From NCBI GenBank assembly GCA_050084985.1, contig JBITNC010000001.1:147188001-147252000 (forward strand): 64,000 bases of DNA, in the 5' to 3' direction. The notes under the pieces were generated by a model, which was not told where the DNA came from, did not search any database, and saw nothing but the letters and a program-made list of their open reading frames with translations. How positions within the stretch are numbered: the stretch's first letter is position 1; each line of letters begins with the position of its first letter. Source of the stretch: Nageia nagi (Eukaryota; Plantae; Pinophyta). Shown here in pieces: positions 1 to 11,149 of the stretch. Both the position numbers and the translations under genes were made by a program.

Positions 1-1544
1 TTTTTATAACTACCAAAAAAAACTTATTTAGAAAATAGTATACCCTCACATTTCAAGTATATGGACTAGTTTCACTAATAATTAATAGAAAAATATAAAA
101 TCTAATCCATTTGTAAAAAAATACATATTCAAATTCAATACTCTTTCATCTAAAATGGGTTTCAATTTCATGAAAAAATTCTATCAAAATCATCATGAAA
201 TATGTTTCTGATGTTACACTTTTCTAGTAAAATCAACCATGAATACCTACTTGTAGGTCCAATGAAAAGGGTTGGTTGACCAAGTCTTTTTCGAGCCTAA
301 ACTTGAGGTTGATGGGTAGGAATCAAAATTTTGAATTTATTGAGATTTTGATATATTAGCATCTTGATTTATTTACATATGATATTTAGAATATGTTGTC
401 CAAATATGTCTTAATAGTGGAATTATGTGGATTTTGGTTATGTATAAAACTTGATGATGTAACCTAAACCTTGGGTTGGCACCCACACCTTAGGCCTCAA
501 GCCACCTACAAATAGTACATATATTATTCTAATATTATAGATTATGATGATTCATAATAATGAATTAAATTAAATAACTTGATAATTGCACTTTAATGGC
601 TTTAAGTAATTACATAAATTAAATTTATTTAACTAAATTCCCCTTCACTAATAACTCTAATACCAATATCAAATGGTGCATGTAGTCTAGTTCAATCTTA
701 CTAAAAATTAAAATATCATTAAAATAAACAACCATAAACTTATTAATTTATTTTGATAGTACTTTGTTTATCAATCGCATAAACGTACTAGGTGGATTCA
801 ATAATTCAAAAAATAACATCACCATTTGTATTGTCCATTTTGAAAGTTATATTTGACTCATGAATCTATAATTTTTATTTAGTAATAACCACTTTATAGG
901 TCAATCCTACTAAAATAATTAGCCCTTACTAGGAGTTCCAACATTTCATTAATTCTATGGTTTAAGAACCTATATTTTATGATAATCTTATTTATGGACT
1001 TCTTATCTATGCACATCCTACTATACATCCTTCTTCAATGTTAAAGTGTAAATTAGGATTTATTTATTTAGTTTACTACCATAGTAGTTCATAGATAAAG
1101 TTAAATAGTTTACTAAATTATTGGTTAATAGAATAAGTCAAATAGGCAATTATTTGATTTAATTAGTTGTTAAAATAAGTATGAATCATGGTTATCACTT
1201 CATTAGTTTCTTCTTATAAAGGTTAGCTCAATGAGATTAGACTTATATATTAGGAATATCCATTTCATGTATATTATTATAAATGTTTAAGTAATGCTAT
1301 TCAAAATTCGAGATTCATATCATTTGGTATCTAAACCTCTTTGACTGCTATGATTCTTTAGGATTTGTTTTATTAGAAAGTGATCACCACTCAACATGTT
1401 ATTTACAATAAATACATAATATTGTGGGAAGGATTATCGCCAATAGATTACACTTAGATTTTATAAGGATAACTAAATAAGATCGATAAGGAAACCTTAT
1501 AAGGATAACTCATAGTAGTTGAGTTCTTTCCAACTAGACGAGAA

Positions 1545-2831
1545 TGATTTATTAATTTGCTTGTTGGGGTCATAAATTTTGATCTTATTGTCCATTTGAG
1601 CCTATTTTTTTCAAATAAAGAATAATTGAATTCTCTAGGATTTTGTAAGGATATTCTAGAGAGAGTATGATTTTTTAGACCACTTTTTATATCCAAAAGA
1701 TTTTATCTTAGGGCTTGGATGCATCCTTTAAGATTAATTTTTTATTTTTTAAAAGTGTTGGAATTTTAATACCTTTTGGGTGTAGCATTAGTTTCAAGAT
1801 ATTATTTAGAAAAATATGTATGTTTTGAATAACAAAGGCATGGTTCTATTTTGAGTCTTATCTAAGCTACATTTAGGCTTTCTAATAATAGTAAGTCTTA
1901 TTTTTAAAAATAACATTACTAAAAATATTATGTGGAAGTAGGGTTTTATTAGATTTTTTAGATAAAAGTTGATTATTATCTTCACAAATAGGTAGTTTAG
2001 ATTTAAAATAATAAATATTATCAATGACAACTTTGTTTGTATGTTGATTTTAAAATCATATTGTAATTATCTTTGGAGTCCATTATTAGCCTCTTGCAAT
2101 AAATCTACATCATTTGTTATCAAATTGTGTGTGATATTGCTAAAGGGCAAGAAAAATATGGTTAAAAGAGTTTCCAAATGATAAGGGTATGAAGGGGCCT
2201 ATGCCAAAATAAATAGGTAGATAGAGGATCTACATGCAAAAATAGCATGGTTAACTAGATGGGGGAGAGGTGTCTTATTGAACACTTATATATAGTATTT
2301 AATAATGAGATAATATATGAAGAGGATGGATTTGAAATATATATGATAATAACACTAGAAGGGATATATGAAGGAGAGTGATCCTTTAAATATAAGCTAA
2401 TTTGAGCCTTGCAAAAATTGAAAGGAAGTCAAGATAAAATCAAAATTGAGGTTTTTAATTATGCTGGTGGGTTGAAACCAAAAGAGTTAATTGATTAGGT
2501 AAATAATATGGAGAAATATTTTAAACATAGTAATCTTGGTAAGAAAAAAGTTGAACTTTGAATGCATAAAATTGAAGGGGTATGCTTTAATTTGATGGGA
2601 TCATCTACAAAATGAATGATAGAGATAAGGAAAAGAAAATATTAGGGTCTGGGAAAATATAAAGAAAAAGTTGCACGAGAAATTTGCACTTGTAGACTAT
2701 TTCAAAACTCTATTTATTATATTTTTAGAATCTCTTAAAGAAGAAAAAATGCATTAAGCACTACACCAATGAGTTCTATAAACTATCCATTGGGGTGGAT
2801 GATAATGATATAGAGGAGAAAAAGGTTACAT
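1545..2831 (+). mobile_element. Degenerate Ty3/Gypsy (CRM-like) LTR (1545-2112), degenerate PBS and gag relic
   Basis: The LTR starts TGAT after the PPT-like 'ttctttccaactagacgagaa' and ends 'tctacatca' at 2112, followed by 'tttgttatcaaa' (decayed tggtatcagag). It resembles the LTRs at 8570/10077. Downstream reads KIEVFNYAGGLKPKELID*VNNMEKYF...WDHLQNE...KIRVWENIKKKLHEKF...HYTNEFYKLSI (retrotransposon gag). Confidence 0.7.
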
Positions 2832-4400
2832 GAGTTGCACAAGGATTCATACTCTCTCTGACCAACCCCTTTTTCACTTGCTTTTTCAATTTTATATTAT
2901 GTATCATGCTTGACTAATAGGATTACCAATTTGGAGTATCTTACCTAGGAATTAAGTCAATATGATATTGTATATCCCTCCTTTGTGGTAACCCTTTTAC
3001 AAACCTATCAAGTGTGACATCAATATACTCCTTTAAGAACTTTGATGCAACTAGTGGTATAGGAACCTCCTCATTCTCTACCTTGCTCATGGTCAAGGCA
3101 AAGTACTTATTAGATTCTTATACCTCTATGATAAACTCATTTTCTATTAATAGGCATTGACCTTGTCCTTCTTCCTTAAGGGATAAAAGTTCCACCTTTA
3201 CATCACCTTTCCAGAATGTGTAAGTATTCCTACCTCCATCATGGAAATCATTTTTTTCAAATTGCATGATCTCACCAATAATATGTGATAGGTATCCATA
3301 AGATTTAGATTACACTATGCACTTCATCCTTATATTTCCCAAAATAAGATTTTACTAAATACCTCTTATCAATAGTTATTGTATTCCCTAATTTTCTTAT
3401 TTATGAATCATAAGAGTGGGATGGGTTCTTCTCATACATTAGATTCAACTTATCATTCATCATATTGGAGAATATATTTTTCACAACTACCACTATAAAC
3501 AAATACGTTACATAACTTTCCTCTTGATATGGATCTTATAAGAAAGATATTGTTATACAACTATGAATATCTACCATCATCTACTCATGAGCTCTTCTTC
3601 TTTAGAATATTTAATTCTCTCCTTATCATTAGATTTCATCCATGTTTTTAATAACTTCTATCTCAATCTCATCATCTTCCTCAACTAGAGCTACTCTAAC
3701 TTATCTGCTCTCTTTAACATCATATTGGGGGAAATCATATGCTTTATGGAATTCCTCTTCATATATATAACATATGAATGAATTCTATGGTCTATTCACA
3801 ATTTGACCTTCCCCATTACTTCTTCCTCTTGAATATCCATCATGCCCTCAATATGAAGAGGGTGTTGATGCTTTATACCCTTTTTTCTATAATTATTCCT
3901 CTTAATATTCTCCTCAGTTGTTAGTGCCATCTTATATGCATCCTATATAGTAATATTATAATGCATTCTCATCTTATATTGAATAAAAAAGCTCATATCA
4001 TTTACATATCTATACTTTCTTGCTCCCTCTAAAAGATCCACTTGAATCTTCACACTCTTCTACAAGGATCTAGTTTCTTAAGATTTGAGATGTTGTATAA
4101 AAAATGTTTTCTGCTAGATATATATTTAGATTGGTGATAGATCCTTAGTTAATACAATATTATTATACCAAGCTTGCTAAAATATGATAATTATTTATAA
4201 CATATAATTTTTTCGAACATGCATCTCCTGGATTAAGGCTCCTTAGTTTATTACTACTCTTATGTACCTCCCCTATAATGTCTAAATCCTCAACCCCCAA
4301 GGAAAGATGAACTTACATAACACTTCATAAATACTAGACATTACCCTAAAAATTAGAGTTACAAATTAAATTTGGAACTGAATCAAACTCCATCCATACC
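2832..4400 (-). mobile_element. Degenerate CRM-like gag-protease-RT start fragment
   Basis: The minus strand reads NIFLIRSISRGKLCNVFVYSGSCE (protease, cf. RCTSKGKVCNVIIDSGSCEN), GKYKDEV...MDTYHILL, and KGLPQRRDIQYHIDLIP...KQV..GLVRESMNPCA (pre-RT), with many stops. Confidence 0.75.
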
Positions 4401-4770
4401 CTTTAACAAAGTTTTACCTACCAATCATTTTTTGGTATAGTATTCTTACTATGATTGGTTGTTAAAAGTAAACTAGATCACTTGTAATTATGTACATAAA
4501 ATGGGCATATAAGGATATTTAAAAGTAATAAATAAATATAAATTACCTCTCATAATTTTAGTTTGTAAGATTCAAAAGTAATCAGTAAATATACATCATA
4601 CATGAACTAACCATTTAATCAACTTAATAAACATGATGACTTTCGGATAGTCTTATTCACTCAAACCCTAGTGAGGAGAAAAAACAAAACTCTTGAACCT
4701 AAGACATGTGATAATCGTAGAATGTGATTTATTATTGCCGAGTTGTGAGGGGTACTGTCATTTGAATGTG

Positions 4771-4777
4771 TATAAAG
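4771..4777 (+). promoter_or_regulatory. Candidate TATA box of the CAF1 gene
   Basis: TATAAAG lies ~140 bp upstream of the ATG at 4912, within a CpG-retaining segment. Confidence 0.4.
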
Positions 4778-4911
4778 CCAACCAAATTCGCATCATTATT
4801 TTCAAATTGAATTACAAGGAAAGCATATGATTCATTTTGAAATTGGAGATTAGCGGCCAGGAAAATAAAATATCTCGAAAAAGTCTTTCTGCAGGCTTAT
4901 TGAGAATTAGA

Positions 4912-5719
4912 ATGAAGTCTAAAGAAAGAAGGAGCTCACTAATCGTTAGGGAGGTGTGGGGATATAATCTTGCAGAGGAGTTCAGGCTCATAAGGGGCAT
5001 CATGGATCGGTTTCCGTATATAGCAATAGATACAGATTACACTGGGGTTGTCTTGGAACCTGGTGGAAACTTTTCTAACATGGTGGAGTTCGATTACCGG
5101 GCCATGAAAGGCAACGTAGATATCATATATCTCATCCAGCTGGGCCTTACCTTCATGGATGAGCTGGGTAACTTGTGTTTGGCAATTTAATTTCAAGGAA
5201 TTTTCTCCCAAGCAAGATATTTATAACTATGCTTCGCTTAAGTTCTTGGAAGAAATTGGTATAGATTTTGAGAGAAATAGAAACCAGGGAATAGATTCAG
5301 CTCATTTTGCGGCATTGCTGTTATGCTCAGGACTTGTTAGAAATAATAATATTTGGTGGGTTACATTCCACGGTAATTATGACTTTGCGTACTTGATAAA
5401 GCTTCTGAGCTCTCAGAAGCTGCCCGAAACTCCCTCTCAGTATCTGCTGTCATTAAAGCACTACTTTCCCCAATTCTATGACGTCAAGTTCATGATAGAG
5501 TTTGTTGCAGGCTACAAGGGTATGAGTCTGAATGTCCTTGGACGGTTGCTTGAAATACAGAGACATGGCATTCATCGTCAAACAGGTTACGATAGCTTAC
5601 TAACAGGAGAGGTCTTTTTGAGATTGAAAAACACCATCTTCAATGGATTTCATGATAAATATAGGAATGTATTGTACATCTGGAATGCATCTTACTGCAA
5701 CAAGAACCACTCCAGATAG
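4912..5719 (+). pseudogene. CAF1: CCR4-associated factor 1 (CAF1/POP2, DEDDh deadenylase), intronless, frameshifted at ~5172
   Basis: ORF 4837..5190 gives VREVWGYNLAEEF..FPYIAIDTDYTG..KGNVD..LIQLGLTFMDELGNL. ORF 5159..5719 continues CVWQFNFKEF..GIDFERN..SGLV..WVTFHGNYDFAYLIKLL..YDVK..QTGYDSLLT..VLY. These are all hallmark CAF1 motifs. The likely start is ATG 4912 (MKSKE...). Confidence 0.92.
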
Positions 5720-6092
5720 ATTAAACAGCCAATCTACTCTTATGATTGTGTTTCAATCATATGTGAATGTATTGTACATTGGAGTGTCTCACACTACACC
5801 AAGAACCACTATAGATAGATTGGACTCTCATTGTGTTTTACCTCATTATCTTTGGTGGACTTAATCTCGTTATCATTCGACACTCATTGTGTTCGACTCT
5901 CATTTTATTGTACATATGGAACGCCTCTTACTGCAACAAGAACCACTCCAGATAGATTAAACAGTTAATCTACTCTTATGATTGTGTTTCAAATTTTCAA
6001 TCATATATGAATGTATGGTACATATGGAATGCCACTTACTAGAACAAGAACCACTCCAGATAGATTGAACAGTCAATCAATTCTCATTGTGG
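5665..6092 (+). repeat. Four imperfect ~100-bp tandem units overlapping the CAF1 C-terminus
   Basis: Unit 'gaatgtattgtacat..ggaatgc..cttactgcaacaagaaccactccagatagatt..acag' begins at 5665, 5765, ~5906 and 6009. The first two are exactly 100 bp apart. Confidence 0.9.
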
Positions 6093-7590
6093 TTCATGGT
6101 GATGGTTATAGTTCTTATGCAGCGGGTACTCAAGTTAAATGGACTACTGTGCCCCTAACCATGGGAACATGTATGTATTAAGTTGTACTGCACTGTTATC
6201 TCATGATGAACGGCAAGTTTTTTTTTTTATAAACTTATTACAATACATTAGTAAAAATAAAGCTAAAGCATATTAACAATTACTGGAGATCAATTTATTA
6301 GGGATAGATAATTGTAAACATCATTAATATTTGGTTAGAGATTTTCATAAGATTAATATATAATTAACTCAATTAAAAATTAATACATTGAATATAAATC
6401 AAATATTATTTATATTATATGGTTTTTATTTGAAGAAGGTTTTATTGTTTAGTATAATTTTATTTAATAATTAATTTTTAAAAAATATAAAATTAATATA
6501 AATATATAATTTTTTACATGTTTCAAACTTGTATAAAATATATAAAATTCATCCAAGATTAAGTTTACTTTTTCAAAAAAATCTATTTCAAAAAGTAAAT
6601 GATTTTCTATTTGATTGAAGTGCTTAAGAAAATTGATCATAAATGAGAAAATATGAGATATTGTGATTTTATAAAATAAGGGATTTAAATGACACTTCTA
6701 TTTAATTAAGTTCTAAAATATAATCTTAAGAGAATATATATAAAATATCATATCATATGAAATGACCACAATTTTCTAATGCATAAAAAATAGTTTAGAA
6801 TAATTAAAATTTATTATTTACTATATCTTAATAATGATAGCATTTTAAAAAATAGATTAAATTCTAAAAAATATTAAATATAAAAAATATTTTTATCATG
6901 TTAAAATAATTTAAAATATTTCAAACATTTTCCCATATATTATAGTAAATAATTAAGAAGAGACCATAGTTATTTATATATAGTTGTTTAATAGCTTCAT
7001 GTTCAAACAAAATATTACTAAAATCGAGCATTACTAAAATAAATAATAGTTGCAATATAAATTTAAACATAATATTTAAACATAATTTCTCACCTAATAT
7101 TTAAATATTACATAGTAGCTAGATGGGTTTTATGCAGACCTTGTTGTGTCCTGAGTCTCTTGTTCAATTCCCACTAATCATGACATATATTGTACTCCCT
7201 ATACAATTGTCCTATAGATCGCTCTTGGTCTCCCATGGACATTAATAAACTTTGTTTCTTTCTTTCTTACTTTCTTACTTCCCTAGATGAATCTATTTCA
7301 TTCATATGCATAATGAAATGTTTATATGTTAATAGCTCAATTTAAATCATAAGTTTACAAAATGGATGTTAGTAGGTCAATATATAAGATTGAAAAAAAT
7401 TATAAAATTAAATTAATTTATCTTAAAGGTGTAAAAGACTTGATGTTAATAACATACATTTGAGTAATTTCATATTTTCTTTTTAACCGATAGCTTTATC
7501 TTTGCATGGAGCACTTAAAAATACTAATCATAGATGTTACAAATTAAAAAACACAAGCTAAGAGAAAAATAATTTTTTGAATTTTTTAAA

Positions 7591-8057
7591 ATGGGAAAGG
7601 TAAAGAGGAAGTTGAAGTAATAAGAACTATGTAGTTAAAAAATTAGAAGGATTATTGACTAGACATGAGTTAGAGGGGAAAATGATAGATGATGGCAAGG
7701 ATTTGTCCTTATATCTACAAGAAAAAAGATACCTATTGAGAAAATAGAGGGTGAATCAATAAGGGATGGGTCTCTCTTCTTGGTCCTATATGGTAAGAGG
7801 GGTAGAGCTCAAATGATTTCTAAGTTACATTAACCTTTACATTGAGAATGGAAAATTGATAATTCCCTTAAGATCATTGTAATCAAACTAGTAGAAGGGT
7901 CTTTTAACCTTGTGTGGAAATTTTTTGGACCATAAGAAAATATAGACTTTATAAGGAGATGGAATTTCCTTGAATGGAGTCGTAAAGTCCTTATGGAAAT
8001 CATAGCTCTCCCCAATACCCTTTTCAAGATTATGCTACATCAAGAATGGAGCATGGA
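7591..8057 (+). mobile_element. L1-type LINE ORF1 (DUF4283-like) relic, copy 1
   Basis: Reads KFFGP*ENIDFIRRW..W..KVLMEIIALPNTLFKIMLHQEW, resembling plant L1 ORF1 N-termini. It is interrupted at 8058 by a TG-starting element. Confidence 0.5.
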
Positions 8058-8569
8058 TGTAAGGACCCTATCTCATACTCAAGATAGAATACTTACTTTA
8101 ACACCCAACTCAATACCCTTGAGTGGTGAGCATCAATGTTTTCTAAAAGTGTTTACACTAAAAAGGAATTTTAATTTAATTAATATTCATCCTTTAGGTA
8201 TTTGAACTGATTTATTCTATTATGTAAATTTTAAATGCTCTTTTATATTATGGACACTCAGTACCTTTCATGTTTTATGATAACAAGTTGAACTAGAGAT
8301 AAGTCTAACAAGAAGTATTGGTACTTGTACACCATAAGCCCAAGGAAGAGCCTTGGTACTATACCTACTATCTATAAAGATGGAAGTATCATGCATGCAA
8401 AATCATGATATATTATGAAATCCTTGATAGGTGGTAATGTACTTAGTCCCATTGATTTATGTATCTCAATACCATTTATCATATCTTAATTTTGTTATAC
8501 TTCATATTTTGCATTCTTAATATCTTTCAAATCATCATGTGTAATAATTTGAGCTGTAAAGAGGAATCT

Positions 8570-10577
8570 TAAGGAACCTATAATATCCAATTACACTTTA
8601 TTTATGCAACAAAATAATACCCCAACTTTTTAAGGGTGTAACTTTTGATCCTGATATCGTTTAGAGACCGTTTATTTTTCAAATCATGTAGAATAAAAAA
8701 ATCTACAAGTTTGTAATATCTCCTAAAGTAGAAAATTTTTAATCCTTAAATGATTATATCTAGGCCAAATTTTGCTTTTACTTTAAGCTCTATTTTTAGA
8801 ATAATTACATATATTGAGTAATGGAGGCATGGCTCCATTTTGGGTCTCATCTAAGCTATATTTTGGACTTAGTTTAAAATTAGAAAGAGAAAAAGAGATG
8901 CTTTATAAAATCTAATTGTAATCCTTTTGAGGAATTAGTGTAGATTCATAAGAATAAAGAATTCTAGCTATGAATTTTATTCTTCTATTGATTTACTTGT
9001 GTATTATGAATCAATTTTAGAGATTCGTTTTGGTCTCTTGGAGGAATCTAGATCATTTGGTATCAAAGCCAGTTGATCTTATTGGATAGAAGATTGGATT
9101 TGGATCACCATGAAAGGGAAGTAGATAAAGCAGCAACATGAACAATTGCAATTGGAAGATACTTTGGAGAGTGTAAAGTTTGAATGCAAACATCTCATGG
9201 AGGAGGTAAAACTTTTATGCTTCAAGGATGAGTATCTTGAGGCTAAGGACAGTCAAAGGAGTGCTTGGTTGACACCTTGTATTAGAAGTATGAAAAAGAT
9301 AAAATTCCCATGGAGAGAGAGGAATATGGAATTAATAGAGAAAAGATTAGTCATCAAAGAAAAGGGTTTTGAGAACCCTTACATTTATGCAGTTACAAAG
9401 AAGCATATTGATGTAGTTGAGAGTTTTGAGTTGGTGATCATGAGTATGCTTGAAGAGGAAGAAGGCATTGAAGATATCCAAAAATAAATAAGATCTTAGA
9501 GAAGATCATGCAAGCTAAAATCAAATATGAGGATGTTAATTAAAATGAAGCTATAGAATTATCTTCTATAGTTATGGAGCTAGTAGAAGAAGCCATAGAG
9601 ATGGATAATTTTTTTAAAGAGATATTGGAGACTGAATTAAGATATAAAAATGACATTTCAGCTAAGGTGTTGGAGTTATTTGATTTAGCAATGGAGGCAA
9701 AGGAAGAAGAAGAAATAAAATTTCTTTTAAAACTAGCAATGGAGCACATGGATAATCATTTTGATGCTCAAAAGTATGATGCGTTTATTGACTAGTAAGC
9801 TTTTGATGAGAAATATGAGAGTGAAACATACTTTTAGGATGAATTTATTTCATATAATTCAAAAAATAACTTTTTCAAAGGATGGTAAAGATGGAGAAAG
9901 ATAGAAGCTCAACAAAGGAGGAGGATCATAAGTGGATTTCATAATCCAAGATGTAGAGAGAAGAGAATAAAGACCAACTAGAAAAGAAGAAAGTTTAAAA
10001 TGAAAGAATTTTGGGTATTTTTAATTTCTTAGATCAGCAAAACTTAATGGCTGAGTTCTTTTCAACCAAAGGAGAATGATGAACCTGCAATATCCAATTA
10101 CACTTTCTTTATGCAGCAAAATAATACCCCAACTTTTGAAGGGTGTAACTTTTGATCTTGATATCATTTGGAGCCTATTTTTTTTTAAATCATGCAAAAT
10201 TGAAAAATCTACAATATTATAACATCTCCTAAAGTAGAAAATTTCAAATCCTAAAATGATTATTGTATATCCCAAATTTCACTTTTACTTTTAGTTCTAA
10301 CTTTAAGTTCTATTTTTAGAATAATTGCATGTATTGAGTAATGGATCCATGGCTCCATTTTGGGCCTCATCTAAGCTATAGTTTAGTCTTTTTATTTTTA
10401 ATTAAAAAGAGGGAAAGAGATACTTTATAAAATATGATTGTAATCTTTTTAAGAAATTAGTGTAGATTTAGAAGAATAAAGAATTTTGGTTGTGAATTTT
10501 ATTCTTCCATTGATTTAGTTGTGTGTTGTGAATCAATTTTGGAGATCTATTTTGGTCTATTGCAAGAATCTACATCT
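8570..10577 (+). mobile_element. ~2-kb non-autonomous LTR element (TRIM/LARD-like) nested in the 5' LTR of the Ogre/Tat element
   Basis: Direct repeats of ~490 bp lie at 8570-9055 and 10077-10577. A tRNA-iMet PBS 'tggtatcaaagcc' is at 9058-9070 and a PPT 'aaccaaaggagaa' precedes 10077. No RT or INT is visible in the 1-kb interior. Confidence 0.88.
9110..9795 (+). pseudogene. Decayed Glu/Lys-rich coiled-coil ORF inside the non-autonomous element
   Basis: An in-frame ATG at 9110 (one TAG stop follows) leads into ORF 9146..9487, then a frameshift into ORF 9574..9795. The composition is acidic and helical, with no recognisable gag/pol motifs. Confidence 0.5.
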
Positions 10578-11149
10578 ACTAAACAAGGCTTTAATATTTT
10601 CTTATAAGGGCATTAGGAGATGATGCTACATTTTGGATAGCGATGCTCTATAGAGATTGATTTGGTGATCATCTTTTGTGCAGAAAGTTCATTATTGATC
10701 TCTTTGAGTTGGTTGTTACTTGCAATTATCTTAATAGGTAAACTAATAAGGTAAATATAGTAATATTTATCATTATCAACTTTCACATTACTATAATATT
10801 TTTTGAATTTCTTCTATAATTAAATATATTAAATAATCCTAATAAATTATTATCACTTATAACAATTGATGAACTCAACATCTTTTTGATATATCACTTT
10901 TTCCTTCACTAGTTATACCAAAAACCTTATGACTTTTTGATAGAACTAATATAAATCAAGGTATTCATACATAAAACTTGTTGATTTTTTTAACATAATT
11001 AATAGCTTTAATGAAAATACTAGGAATAATTTACAAAATATGTTATATGGTGATGATGATAGAATTGAGGGATCTAATATTGCTCAAAATAATAGGTCAA
11101 TCAAATTTTACACTTCTAGATATAGCGATTCAAATCCTTTGTATTAAAA

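Larger units (their letters stand above)
5525..8057 (+). repeat. Segmental duplication copy 1 (CAF1 3' part + downstream flank + L1 5' relic)
   Basis: Colinear similarity with ~20165-21634 + 26093-26390. Shared blocks include 'accatagttattta..gttcaaa.aaaatattactaaaat', 'tttatctt.aaggtgtaaaagactt', 'atagatgatgg.aaggattt' and 'gattatgctaca.caagaatgga'. Confidence 0.85.

Noticed and set aside
251-511. Possible MITE with TTGTAGGT/ACCTACAA ends
   Set aside because: Only 8-bp inverted ends and no convincing TSD.
4663-4671. Telo-box-like AAACCCTAG upstream of CAF1
   Set aside because: A single imperfect match with no supporting site-II motifs; similar words occur inside LTRs here.
4837-4911. N-terminal extension of CAF1 from the TTG start in the ORF track
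   Set aside because: Non-ATG start in a eukaryote; homology begins after ATG 4912.
5159-5190. Programmed ribosomal frameshift joining the two CAF1 ORFs
   Set aside because: There is no slippery heptamer and conserved loop residues are missing, so a simple deletion explains it.
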